NCBI GenBank assembly: GCA_918797485.1
Contig: CAKKNE010000003.1
Coordinates: 4,588,001 to 4,652,000, forward strand
DNA length: 64,000 bases
Source of the DNA: Pelagomonas calceolata
Lineage: Eukaryota
Direction of reading: 5' to 3'
In this document: positions 20,751 through 31,806 of the stretch, one piece after another
Numbering within the stretch: the stretch's first letter is position 1
Layout of the letters: each line of letters starts with the position of its first letter
Position numbers and translations under genes: made by a program
Notes under the pieces: model-generated
Seen by the model: only the letters and a program-made list of their open reading frames with translations
What the model was told of the DNA's origin: nothing
The model's database searches: none

Positions 20751-22010
20751 ATGGGCAAGGGCGCGCAGCGCTCCCCGGCGCACATGAGCGAGGCGGAGGA
20801 GAAGACGACGGCCGACGTCCTCATCGGCGGCTACCTGTACGACGTCGCGTCTTTCAAGCACCCCGGCGGGTCCATCGTCAAGTTTCTCACGAATAACGGC
20901 GACGCCACGGAAGCGTTCGAGGAGTTCCACGGGCGCTCCAAGAAGGCCCAGGCGATGCTGCGCAGCCTGCCCAAGGTCGCGGCGCCCCGCGACGTCCTCG
21001 ACGCGCGCGAGGGGAACGGACGGACCGATCTCACGCGAGGCTACGCCCGGCTGCGGGAGGAGTTCGCCCGCGAGGGCCGCTTCGACCCGAACAGGAGCGA
21101 GATCGTCTACCGGGTCGGCGAGGTCGTGCTCATGCACGTCGTCGGCGCCTACCTCGTCCTCGCCACCGGATACGCGGCCGCGGGCATCATCCTGCTGGGC
21201 CTCGCCTCGGGCCGCTGCGGCTGGCTCATGCACGAGGCGGGCCACTACTCGCTGACGGGCGAGATTTCGGTCGACCGCGCCCTCCAGGAACTTATTTACG
21301 GCGTGGGCTGCGGCATGTCGGGCGCCTGGTGGCGCAACCAGCACAACAAGCACCACGCGACGCCCCAGAAGCTGCAGCACGACGTCGATCTAGACACGCT
21401 GCCCTTGGTGGCCTTCCACGCCAAGATCGCGGCGCGGGCCAGAAGCCCCCTCGTCAAGCTCTGGCTGCGGCTGCAGTGCTACCTGTTCATCCCCGTCTCG
21501 TGCCTGCTGGTCGCCTTGGGCTGGCAACTCTACCTGCATCCGAGGCACGCGCTGCGGACGAAGCGGAAGCGGGAGTTGGCGTGCATGGCCCTCCGCTACG
21601 TCCTGCTCTTCGGCGTCGTGTTGAGGGGCATGGACCACCCCGTCTGGGCGTACCTGGCGTACAACCAGGTCGCCGCGAGCTACATCTTCACGAACTTCTC
21701 GCTGAGTCATACCCACTTGCCGGTCACCGAGGCGGACGAGTTCGTGCACTGGGTCGAGTACGCCGCGAAGCACACCACGAACATCTCGCCCAGTCCCCTG
21801 TGCAACTGGTGGATGGCCAACCTGAACTTCCAGGTCGAGCACCACCTCTTCCCGGCGATGCCCCAGTTCCAGCACAAGCACATCTCGCCGCGCGTGCGGG
21901 CGTTCTTCGAGGCCCACGGCCTGGTGTACGACGTGCGGCCCTACTTCTCGTGCCTGCGGCAGACGCTCGCGAACCTGCACGCCGTCGGCCACTCCACGAA
22001 GGACGACTGA
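20751..22010 (+). CDS. Front-end fatty acid desaturase (cytochrome b5 fusion, delta5/delta6-type)
   Basis: HPGG, HEAGH, HNKHH and QVEHH boxes. Confidence 0.95.
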   Translation: MGKGAQRSPAHMSEAEEKTTADVLIGGYLYDVASFKHPGGSIVKFLTNNGDATEAFEEFHGRSKKAQAMLRSLPKVAAPRDVLDAREGNGRTDLTRGYARLREEFAREGRFDPNRSEIVYRVGEVVLMHVVGAYLVLATGYAAAGIILLGLASGRCGWLMHEAGHYSLTGEISVDRALQELIYGVGCGMSGAWWRNQHNKHHATPQKLQHDVDLDTLPLVAFHAKIAARARSPLVKLWLRLQCYLFIPVSCLLVALGWQLYLHPRHALRTKRKRELACMALRYVLLFGVVLRGMDHPVWAYLAYNQVAASYIFTNFSLSHTHLPVTEADEFVHWVEYAAKHTTNISPSPLCNWWMANLNFQVEHHLFPAMPQFQHKHISPRVRAFFEAHGLVYDVRPYFSCLRQTLANLHAVGHSTKDD

Positions 22011-22238
22011 TGCGGCGGTTCCCTCGTCTCGTCTCTCGTCGCAGCACGGGGCCTAACGAACAGCCGGTATAGTACCTACGCCTGTTCTCTCAGCAACTCG
22101 GAAGCGACGACGTCGAGCTGATTCCTAGATCCGCGTTTCCCTCCCCTTGGCTCATGTGAAAAAGAGGAGGATAGCTCCCCCGGCGTGCACCTCTCGGCCC
22201 AAACCCGAATTAGCACGGGACTATATGAGTCTCAGAGT

Positions 22239-22593
22239 TTAGCTATGGTCTTCGGTGCCTTCGGCGAAATTTCGGAGGAAGCGCGGACGCTGCTCTGCTA
22301 CGCCGCGGACGCGACCGCCGCTCGGACCTGGGTCGAGGACGGCGCGACCTCGCAGGAGCACGCGGCCGCCCTGCTCAAGAACCGCCTTTACCGTCGCTGG
22401 GGCATCAAGACGGCGCGAGTATGCCCGGATCAAGATCGACGGCCACGTCGTGCGGCAACCCGGACTTCACCAACGCGCCCGGGCACGGCGACGACGACGC
22501 ACGCTTCTACAACCGGCAGCAAGCTTACGTACACGCTCCCGACACCCCTCCCAGGCCGCCAAGGCGCGTGGCCCCAAAACCCGAATTGACTAT
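22239..22593 (+). mobile_element. Longest 3' fragment of non-LTR family A (RLE-endonuclease-type C-terminus)
   Basis: LAMVFGAFGEISEEARTLL...LYRRWGIKTAR resembles the end of restriction-like endonuclease domains of CRE/NeSL-type elements; shared 3' end CCCGAATTGACTAT. Confidence 0.75.
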
Positions 22594-22812
22594 ACATATG
22601 GTATTGCAGTGTAAAAATAGTGCAGTGTCTCTATATATAAGCAATGACCGTGGTTAATTGAAGGCACGGTCGCGCCGCGTTGCCACCAGTCCTGGGCCGA
22701 GGCGCCGGGAGCGACTGTACCCGCGCACGCAGAGCCAAAACGAGCGCTGCAAGTGTAAGCACCCAGCGCCACGGCAGGCTGTTGAGCAAGAGGTGTTAGA
22801 AGCTGCACGAAA

Positions 22813-23907
22813 ATGCGCAGCGCCGCGCTCTTGACGTCTGCGGCGGCGCTCGTCGCGCGGCCGACGCCACGGCACCCCCCCCTGAAACGCGGCAGCACAG
22901 CGGAGAACACGGACTACGCCGCCACGCTCTCCCAACACACGGCGCTCGCGCCGTTCGCGGCGCACGTCGAACGCGAGCTCGTCTAGCGGTTCGGGGCGCG
23001 AGAAACGGAGCGCGTGCGCCAGAGCTGGCGGCTCGCCGACGCGGGCTACGTGCACTTCGACCAGATTGTGCCCGGCCACGAGTACATGAAGCAGGAGGCC
23101 CGGAGCTACGTGCCCGGGCTGAACCCGGTCGCGTTCTGGGACACGTCGAGCATGGCGTGGGCGCGGACGCTCGAAGAGAGCTGGGAGGTCGTGCGGGACG
23201 AGTTCGAGAGAGTGGCGCTGCAGGACGCGAAGCGGACGAAGCGGGTGGGCAACAACGTGTGGGCCGGCGCCGCGGACTCGGACAGCGCGCAGAAGTACGG
23301 CCAGGACTGGAAGACGCTCGTGCTGATGGACCGGACGACGTGGGACCCGGTCAACTCGAAGCTGTTTCCCCGGACGGCCAAACTTTTGGCCGACGCGGAG
23401 GCCCCGATCGTCGAGGCGTTCTTCGCCGCGATGACGCCGCGGTCCCGCATCAACCCGCACACCGACAGCTGCAATTTCATCCTGACGTCGCACCTCGGGC
23501 TGCGGATACCGGAGGGTTGCAGCCTGACGGTGGGCGACGAGACGCGGACGTGGACGGAGGGCGGCGTGATGCTCTTCGACACGTCCCTGTACCACGACGC
23601 CGCGAACGACTCGGACGACACGCGCTACATTCTAATGCTGCGGACGTGGCACCCCGAACTCTCGGACGTCGAGCGGAAGGCCCTCCAGTTCCTGTTCGAC
23701 GTGTTGGACGTGCCCGATTTGATCTCGAGCGACCCGGTCGCGCAGTTCCGGGCCGAGCACGAGCTCGCGGGCCTGCGCACGCGGCCGGAGGTGCGGGCGC
23801 GCGCCGCGCCGCCGGACGCGCTGGAGCCCAGGCCGAAGCAGCAGGGGAACAAGAAGAAGAAGAAGAAGGCCCGGGCGCGTGCGGGTGGCTTCGGCGTGTC
23901 CACGTGA
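22813..23907 (+). CDS. Aspartyl/asparaginyl beta-hydroxylase-like 2OG-Fe(II) oxygenase, with in-frame TAG at 22984-22986
   Basis: INPHTD, SHLGL, FDTSLYHDA, RYILML...WHPEL; upstream ATG 22813 (signal-like leader) is in frame but interrupted by one TAG. Confidence 0.85.
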
Positions 23908-25219
23908 AAAACCGGCGACGAGGGGCGCCCCTTCTTCCGATTCTAATAAAATAATTAAGGAAGGAAGGACTATCCTAAAGAAGGACATACACGGAGCCTT
24001 CTCCCTGCGGCGGCGGCGCTTAAAAGAGAGACCCGGACGTCTAATACCTATCTAAATGCGCGCCACCGTGACTCTCACATCCCGTCGGGGATATGTTACA
24101 CGGCACTCTCCCCAGGCCGTCCGCTTGCGGATCGCTAGGTCAACAAGCTAGGTCAACCACTGACAACCAGCCGTGGGCGTTTCGGGCTCGTCGCCATGCC
24201 GTATAGCATAGCCACGCCCGACGGACCTGGGCGCTTGTCCGGGCGAGCGGCAGCGAGGGGCACGGTCCTACTGGACGGCCGGACCGTGGCCCGGATGGAG
24301 CCCCTGGCCGGGGAATCTACTACTAGTCCCACTAGGCCTACTTGAGCACCCAGCTTTTAACGCGCTCTCCGTGCCCGTGTGCGGCACGGGGCAGCCACCG
24401 GGCGTGTGTGGAGGTCCTAGGAACTCGTCCGCGCCTGGCATAAAGAGCGCGCGTCGAAAGCTAGCCGCCTCGGCGGTCTGCGAGTGCCCAAAAGCCTGGT
24501 GCTCTGCGAAGGCCCTAAATCGGCGCGCGACTGCGAACAGATCTCCAAATTGCTGGTAGAGAAGCGCCTGACCAACGCAAACAGCGATGCACCTTCAGAA
24601 GTCCACCAGCTATCCGTCGCCACATGTCAATCCGCGGCCGGTCGGGAGAGCATATTCGGTGAATGTCGATCGCGGGCCGCTTGGGCACCTATCGACAAAA
24701 TTCGACCGGTATGACGTACGTATGCATTCCAGGGGACGTTGGAATGACGCGCCGACGCGCCGCGCCAGTGGAAGGGACTTATGGCCCGCGACGCCGACCG
24801 CGGGGAGTCGAACTCGTCCGAGAGCGGCCTTTAGGACGCTAGGCGTATATTCATAGGATACCAGCGCGGGTGGGGGGTTGGGGGCACTCTCTGGTGCAAG
24901 GAAAACCCGCACCACCCCCGTCACGCGCGGCTGGCCCTCCGAGAGTACAGCCCCTCTACCTCGCGGGTTTTAGCTCTCCGTAGTATCTCAGCTTCAACTT
25001 CCCCCCACGTCAACCTCAAGTTGAAGTAAGGGTAGTCATAGGTAGCCACGGACCCCCCTCAGACCTCCTCAAACTCACTCCTACTTCTGCTGGGTTCTTC
25101 CGGACGCTTTTGGACGTCTATCTGGGTGCTCAAGTAGGTCCGGTGGGACCAAGTATGTGAAAATGCTGACGGTCCGTAGCGAGGGGGGAGGAGTGGGGGC
25201 CTGTGGCACAGGCGGGCGC

Positions 25220-26134
25220 CTACTTGCCGGCGGCGCCGGCGAGGATGCCCTTGAGCTCGCCGTACATGACGAGCACGAGCGCCGAGCCGACCGTGCGCAG
25301 CGCGTTCGCGCCGGCGCCTTTGAAGAGCGCGCCGACGCCCTCCTCGGCGGCGATCTTGCCGAAGCAGTCCATGGTGCCCTTGTAGACCCACTCCTCCTGG
25401 GGCTTCTCCGACTGCATCTGCAGGCGGCGGCGCACCGTGTCGAAGGGGTAGCTGGCGTACGCGGCGCAGAGCGCCGCCGTCTGCGCGCACGCGAACTTGG
25501 AAGCGATGCCCACGAGGCCCTTGTCCTTCTGGTAGGGATTAATGCTCACGAGCGTGTCGTTGACGCCGAAGTACGTGCCGCGGAACGGCACGATGCCCAC
25601 CACCGAGACGCCGAAGCCGTTGTAGAGGCCGAGCGGGCCGGCGGGCCCCGAGGCCGTCTTCGAGAGGCAGTCGATGAGGCCGTTGAACTGGGCCTTGCCC
25701 GAGCCGACGTCGCTGGCCAGGCGCGTCCGCGCGTAGTCGAGCGGGTAGACGATCGTCAGCGAGCCGGCGCCCGCGAGGCCGCCGCTGGCGACGTTCACGG
25801 CGAAGGACTTGCCGAAATCCGTCTTGGGCGAGTACTTGGGGAAGAAGCCCTTGATCGTGTCCTTGAAGGCGAAGTTGAAGGCCTGCGTCGGGAAGTAGCG
25901 CAGCACGTTGACGAAGTTGCCTCTCCAAAACGCCTGGATGCCCTGCTCGGCCGCGACGCGCGTGAAGCAGTTCACGATGCCCGTGTAGCGCGGCACCTCG
26001 CCGGAGATGATCTTGGGGTTGGCGTCCTGCGTCTGGATGATGAGCTTGACGCGCTCGATCGGCGCCGTGCACGTCTTGGCGATGGCGCCCGAGATGCCGC
26101 CCGCCAGGAAGTCGGTGACGAAGGAGCCGCCCAT
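25220..26134 (-). CDS. AAC: Mitochondrial ADP/ATP carrier
   Basis: TAPIERVKL, RYFPTQAFNFAFKD, YPLDYARTRLA, YPFDTVRRRLQMQS. Confidence 0.97.
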   Translation of the reverse strand: MGGSFVTDFLAGGISGAIAKTCTAPIERVKLIIQTQDANPKIISGEVPRYTGIVNCFTRVAAEQGIQAFWRGNFVNVLRYFPTQAFNFAFKDTIKGFFPKYSPKTDFGKSFAVNVASGGLAGAGSLTIVYPLDYARTRLASDVGSGKAQFNGLIDCLSKTASGPAGPLGLYNGFGVSVVGIVPFRGTYFGVNDTLVSINPYQKDKGLVGIASKFACAQTAALCAAYASYPFDTVRRRLQMQSEKPQEEWVYKGTMDCFGKIAAEEGVGALFKGAGANALRTVGSALVLVMYGELKGILAGAAGK

Positions 26135-27590
26135 GGCGTCCGCTCTTTGTCCGGCCTGCGCGGTCGTTCGCGTGCGGCGGGCTGCCGCCTCGTCGAGTCG
26201 CGGGGCGGCGGGGCGCACGCCAGTCGGACAAACGACGTGCGGCGGGGTGTGGTATCGACGGGCCGGCGGCGCTCGACGCACGCCATATTTAAACGGATGA
26301 CGTCGCACGCTGCGCTGGATCCCAGGTCGGGCGGGACTGGCGAGGAGGCCGATTTTGGCTTTTTTATGCGGCGTTTGCTGTCGGACCCAGTCGACGGCGA
26401 GAAGCGATGACAGCGCCACGCCAGGTCGAAGAGCAGTGCGCGGGTGGGGACTTTTTTGCGTTTCGCTGTCTATCCTACAAATGCCGTGGCTGTGGGGAGA
26501 GAGTAGAAACGCGTCATCCAAACGACGCCAAGCGACGAAATCGCAGGCTTCTGGACTCCTCTCGAGACGTGGAGTGCCTTTTTAGCGGGCTTCGGTGGGT
26601 TTGACCGCAAAACCGCGCAGCGGGCACCCTAGGAAAGTGAAGTGCAAACAACCATAAGGAAACAGGAGCCGTGCGCAGAGAAAGCGCGAAAAAAACGGAG
26701 GGCCACGAGACCCAACAACGGGGCGACTAAGTGAGAGGCGTCGCGAGCCAGCGCGGGTCGTGCACGGGAGGTTCCGGCTCGCGCCGCAGGACCAGGCCGA
26801 CGCGCCGGCGGATGTCGAAGATTCGCACTTGATGATCCCTGGGCTCCAGCGACTCGGCACGGCCCACGACCGCAAGATTTCGTTCCGCGACGTCCGGCGG
26901 CCGCCGGTTCGCAGCGAACCGGTTCTGTACGAACTCGCCTCGCCTAGTAGTAAAAATCGAGAGATGGGATTGTGAGGCGAAGGCTGTCGACGTAGAAACC
27001 CACGACTCTGGAGACTCGGCTCAATGTGAGCGGGTTGAGCCCCAAAACCCGCGCGTTGCCCACCCGTCGTCCGGACGTTTGTACTGCACCGCAGCACGCC
27101 TCGCCGGAGGCCGCAGCGAGCCCTGCCTCACAGGACCTCTGGGGCAGAGGCTCGCACACAGCGACGCGGCCGCGCGACGCGCGACGCGCACGAGGAAGCG
27201 CAGTGGTCGACGACAGCGCTCCCTTTGACGAATAACTCAGGCTGCACGCGGCGATTCATCGCTACACGAGACGGTGCGCGGGTATCAGCTAGCGGCTGTA
27301 AGACACTAGCCAGCATCAGCCCACACAGTATATTAGCCGCGGCGCGCATAGACTGCTAGCTGGCCTGCGTGCGCGACGGTACGTTATCGATTCGCTGCTG
27401 TCTTGCGCCGTGACGAGGAATCCGGGCTCGCGACGCCACTCAGCGCATAGGACGCCCACAAACCGCTGGGTCCCCGATCTAGCGGCTGGGCCGGTGTGTT
27501 TAATCAAAGTAAATCACTGGCGATTGCGAGCCTCCAGAGAGCTCGCGGGCTCCTACGTCGACAGCGGACGCTTGGACGCTGCCGAAGGAG

Positions 27591-28778
27591 ATGAGCGCTC
27601 TCGCGGGCGGCCTGGCGCTGCGCGGCGCGGCGTGGTACTGGTGGGCGGCGCGGCGGCATGCCGTCGAGACGCCGCTCTACGCTGGGCCGCCGCTCGCGCT
27701 GCCGGAGCTCGGCGCCTGCGGGCGGCGCGTGAACGCCACGCTCCCTACCGTCGCGTGCGCCGCGGCGTACGCGCGCCGGCCGGCGGCACGCGTCGCGGCG
27801 GGGGCGCTCGGCGACGCCGCGGCGGCGGCTGCGCTCGGCGACGTCCTGGGCGCGCCGCGCGGGGGGGCGGTCGCGTGGCTCGGTCTGAACCCCGTCGTCG
27901 CCGCCGCCGCCGCCGCCGGCTCGGCGCAGCCGTGGCTCGCGGCCGCGCTGTTCGGCGCGGCCGCGCTCGCGCGGCGCGGCGCGGCCGGGCGCGCGGCGGC
28001 GCTCTGGGCGGTCGGCTCCGCCGCCGACGCGGCGGCGGCGGCGGCGGCGCTGCCCGCGCTCTGGGCGGCGGCGCCGCCCGGCGCGCGCGCCCGGTCGGCG
28101 GCGCTCGCGGCGCTCGCGGGCTGCGCGCTGCGCGCGGTCCTGGTCGCGGTCGCGCCGGCGCCTGGAGCCGCGCGCGACCGCGCCGGCGCCGCGGCCGCGG
28201 CCGCGCGCGCGCGGCTCGGCGCGGCCGGGCTCCGGCCGCGCGCCGCGCCTCGGCGCGCCGGCGGCCCGCCGCCGAACGCGGGCCCGTGGTGGTACCTGGC
28301 GCGCGTGAGCTTCGGCCGCTTCGTCCCGCTGTTCCGCGCGGCGCTCGCGGCGTGCGCGGCGCTCGCCGCGGCCCCGGCGAGCGCGCGGCTCCGGCGCGCG
28401 CCGCGCGCGGCGGCGACCTTCGCGGTCGTCTCCGGCCTGTGCCTGCGGCCCGGCGCGACGCTGGGCGACGGCGCGGTGGCCGTCGCGGCCGCGGCGCTCG
28501 GCGCCGGCCCGGCGGCGGCCGTCGCGCGGCGCGGCCTCGTCGCCGCTCGCGGCGACGCGGCGCTGCGCGCGGACCTGCTCCTGGTCGCCGCGGTCTTCGT
28601 CGTCCTCGGCGTGCTCGCGGCGGCGGGCCCCGCCGCGGCGTACCTGTGGCTCGTCGCGGCGACCGGCAACGGCAACCACGCCTACTTCCTGGGTCTCGCG
28701 CACTGCCTCGCGGCGTCGGTCCTGGCGACGAAGGCGCTCGCGTGGCACGTGCCGCGTAGGCGCGCGCTCGCCGCGTAA
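27591..28778 (+). CDS. PIGU: GPI transamidase subunit PIG-U (very Ala-rich)
   Basis: PNAGPWWYLARVSFGRF (cf. PNIGLWWYFF.EMF) and YLWLVAATGNGNHAY (cf. W...GSGNANFFY); multi-TM profile. Confidence 0.75.
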   Translation: MSALAGGLALRGAAWYWWAARRHAVETPLYAGPPLALPELGACGRRVNATLPTVACAAAYARRPAARVAAGALGDAAAAAALGDVLGAPRGGAVAWLGLNPVVAAAAAAGSAQPWLAAALFGAAALARRGAAGRAAALWAVGSAADAAAAAAALPALWAAAPPGARARSAALAALAGCALRAVLVAVAPAPGAARDRAGAAAAAARARLGAAGLRPRAAPRRAGGPPPNAGPWWYLARVSFGRFVPLFRAALAACAALAAAPASARLRRAPRAAATFAVVSGLCLRPGATLGDGAVAVAAAALGAGPAAAVARRGLVAARGDAALRADLLLVAAVFVVLGVLAAAGPAAAYLWLVAATGNGNHAYFLGLAHCLAASVLATKALAWHVPRRRALAA

Positions 28779-28971
28779 TGGAAGCGAGGAGACGAGACTC
28801 CTGCAGCGGGCATGGCTCTCCCGAGGCTAGTACGCACACTGGCCCCCCGGGCAGGCCACCAGGTTCCCACTTACCGGTTAATAAATAACACTCGGGGCGG
28901 CGGCGTACGAGGGCGGGGGCGCCGGGGGCGGGGAGATCGTGGTGGCTAGGCGTTCTATCTCTAAGCAAAGC

Positions 28972-29246
28972 AAATAAATAAATTAAGGAAGACCTAGAAA
29001 AGGAACAAGCTCCGAAGAGCCTTCTCCCTGCTCGGTCAGGATGCCCAACCGGAGCTTCGAAATAGCAATAAGGTATCTGTATACAGTATTCTCGGTCTCT
29101 TGCGGTAAAAATTCCCCCATTCAGAAGCGGCAATGACCTTCGAGGCTCAGACCGCGCGCGACTCGGATAGGGTGAGACTCGTATAATCGTTCAAGGAACG
29201 CATCACGTTCTTTCGCGAAAGCCGCCGAACATTCAAACAATGTATG
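28972..29246 (-). mobile_element. Degenerate 3' fragment of non-LTR family B with (TTTA)n tail
   Basis: Translates HTLFECSAAFAKERDAFLERLY..., homologous to the 57.3-58.1 kb copy; shares the GGGCATCCTGACCGAGCAGGGAGAAGGCTC 3' block. Confidence 0.8.
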
Positions 29247-29486
29247 TTAATAACCGGTTATTTGCCTATTATTACCCCTCTGAGGATCCCGATCTGAGGT
29301 AAATAACCCGTGCGAACCGGCAATTACCCGGGTTATTCACCCCAGGCGGCGCCAGCCTGAGGGGTGAATAACGGTTCAATAACCCCTCAGGTACGTGGGA
29401 ACCTAGGGCTACCGTGACTAGTACTACTAGGCTCGGCGTAGTTTTTATTTTTTACTTAGTATTATATTCAAGCGGCCGGGATATTT

Positions 29487-30848
29487 TTACGAGTAGACGG
29501 CCGGCGCCGCCGGCGCGCGGCCCGTGCCGCCGCAGAGCGGGCACGCCATCGATTCGGTCCCGAATCGGGCGTCGTCGGCGCACGCGTCCGCCATCAGATC
29601 CCGGAGGATGCCCAGGTAGTGCGAGGGCTTGGAGGCCGGATCCCGGTCCGGGTAGATGGGGCACACGCGCAGGTAGTTGATGAAGGTCGCGCCGTCGCCT
29701 TTGTAGTTGAGCAGCGTCGCGTCGGTGGCGTGGCCCTGAATGATCTCCGCGTGGAGCCGCTTCAGACTTTCGCGGTCCGTGAGCGGGCCCTGGATGACGC
29801 GCAGCGTCCGGCCGACGACGGAACTCTTGGAGGGGAACGAGCACAGCTCGAGCCAGGCCCGGTTGCAGTCGACGATCTGGAACGGCGCCGTCGCCTTGGT
29901 GACGACGCGCGCGGCCGGGTCCGCGTCGAAGGTCGCGTCGCGGAGGCAGCCGGGCACCCTCGTGAGCGGCGTCTCCGTGGATCGCACGATGTCCTCCGAC
30001 AGCGCGTTCACGTCGTACACGAGCTCGAGCGACCTCAAGCGACACCCGCTCTCGGCGAAGCGCGCGCAGAAGAGGCCCCGTATCCCGGCCTCGCCCCGCG
30101 CGCCGTGCCGGCGCGCGTCCGTCGTGCGCGCGCCCCAGTGGCCGTAGACCGCGTCGTTCACGACCGTCGGCGCGGGGGGCAGCACCGAGCACGCGAAGGT
30201 GGGGGCCGCGGCGACGCGGTACGACAAATCGGCGGACCGCCCCACCGACCGGAACAGCACGGACAGCGACGCGACGTCGTCGATGAAGCCGTCGACGCCC
30301 CGCGACAGTTTTCTGTTCCCCTCCACGTCCGCCGGCCGGCAGGCCTGGTGCGGGTTCAGCGGCTGCCTCAGTTCAAAATCCGACGTGAGGAACTTGCCCC
30401 ACTCCTCCCTCTCCAGCACCCCTTCGCCCCTTTTGCGAAACACGCACTGCAGCACGGCCAGGCGCCTCTTGGCGATCTGGCGCGCCCGCCGCTCGGACTC
30501 GTCGCGCTCCACGGCCGCCTCCTCCAGACCCGCGACCTCCCTCCGCAGCTTCTCCAAGGCCTCCTTCTTGCGCGCGCGCGTGTTGCGCGCGTGCTCTCGG
30601 TTTCTTTCCTTCTCGAGCCGCGCGCGCTCCTCGGGCGCGAGCGACACGCCCGGCGGCGCGAGCGGCCGCGCGGGCCGCCGCGCCGCGTGCTTTTTCTTCT
30701 TCGCCGGCGGCGGTCGCGAGTATTCATCACAATTTGGCGCCGCTGGCTCTAGACCGACGCCGTCGAGGGCGTCCATCCAGCCCAAGTCGCTGTCGTTTAG
30801 TTCCGCACAAGCGTCGAGGCCGGCCCCGGCGTCGTCGCGTGTGGTCAT
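29487..30848 (-). CDS. bZIP-PAS transcription factor (stramenopile type, not aureochrome)
   Basis: Basic region ERNREHARNTRARKK plus zipper; C-terminal PAS (PFQIVDCNRAW...GRTLRVIQG...LLNYKGDG) lacking the LOV cysteine. Confidence 0.88.
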   Translation of the reverse strand: MTTRDDAGAGLDACAELNDSDLGWMDALDGVGLEPAAPNCDEYSRPPPAKKKKHAARRPARPLAPPGVSLAPEERARLEKERNREHARNTRARKKEALEKLRREVAGLEEAAVERDESERRARQIAKRRLAVLQCVFRKRGEGVLEREEWGKFLTSDFELRQPLNPHQACRPADVEGNRKLSRGVDGFIDDVASLSVLFRSVGRSADLSYRVAAAPTFACSVLPPAPTVVNDAVYGHWGARTTDARRHGARGEAGIRGLFCARFAESGCRLRSLELVYDVNALSEDIVRSTETPLTRVPGCLRDATFDADPAARVVTKATAPFQIVDCNRAWLELCSFPSKSSVVGRTLRVIQGPLTDRESLKRLHAEIIQGHATDATLLNYKGDGATFINYLRVCPIYPDRDPASKPSHYLGILRDLMADACADDARFGTESMACPLCGGTGRAPAAPAVYS

Positions 30849-31452
30849 GCAGGACGCGTCGCGCGAAGGGCGTGTTTTTGTTCTCTCTCGTGCCTGCTGT
30901 CTTCCTTGGTGGGTCGTAACTAGGTAGGGCGTAGGGATTCCTGCCCGTATTGCTTGTGTACGGGTACTGCCTTTGGGTAGACGAGGTGAGGGGGGTTCCG
31001 GGCGTAACGCCTAAAGGCATCCCTAACGAGTATTCACCAGTTATCAATGTTTACCAAGTTTTCGCTACCGTACTGACTGCCAGTCACGGTGCCTGGCCCG
31101 CCCGGGGCCCGGCCGGTGTCGCGGTCGGCGTGCGTCCCGACTCCGGAGCGAGGTTTGGGATTTAACGGGAATGTCCGCGACTGAGATGATATGATACCTG
31201 CAATCGTCCGACCGCCCAACTTTGCTTTGGCTTCACTATTCTACTTAGCTTCAATTATGCCTTGAATACCCGGATAGAGTAGGTCCAGTGAATACCTACG
31301 GTACCGTACCTCTAATCCTCCCCCTGCCCGGGGCTGGGGTACCATCTTGTACCACGGTACCGTAGGTACCGTGGTACCTACGGTACCTACGGTACGATGG
31401 TACGGTAATGCCTGGACGAGGTAGATTGACCTTGAGAGGCTCATGAGGCGAG

Positions 31453-31806
31453 ATGTCCCACCGCACGCACCGATTCGACGCCTGGCACCTGCTCGCGGAG
31501 CCCACGTTCGGGGCTATTTTGGCTCCCGCGGAGGGCGAGGCGCTGGCCGAGCTGGCGCGGCGCGAAGAGACGGCGCGGGACGAGCTGCGGCGCGCGCGCG
31601 ACGCCGAAGCGCCGACGCCGGTCGGCGTCGCGCCGCGCGCGGACGCGGACGACGACGCGGCGACCGAGGGCCGGAGCGCGGACGGTGACGACGACGACGA
31701 CGAAGGCGCGTCGCGCGCCGTCGACGACGACGCGTCGGCTGACGATGAAGGTGACGACGACGAAGAATACGAGGATGAGCTCGGGTTGTCGTCAGACGGA
31801 GACTAG
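31453..31806 (+). CDS. Small acidic hypothetical protein
   Basis: ATG-initiated GC3-rich ORF with an Asp/Glu-rich tail. Confidence 0.5.
   Translation: MSHRTHRFDAWHLLAEPTFGAILAPAEGEALAELARREETARDELRRARDAEAPTPVGVAPRADADDDAATEGRSADGDDDDDEGASRAVDDDASADDEGDDDEEYEDELGLSSDGD

Noticed and set aside
22984..22986. TAG reassignment (alternative genetic code)
   Set aside because: TAG is the genuine stop of many conserved genes here (actin-like, DLD, AAC, UQCC1, GrxB).
23950..27590. tRNA, rRNA or snRNA genes in the long intergenic regions around AAC
   Set aside because: I could not identify a cloverleaf or conserved RNA motif by eye; a covariance-model search would be needed.
29487..30848. Aureochrome blue-light receptor
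   Set aside because: The PAS domain lacks the GRNCRFLQ cysteine and the domain spacing differs.
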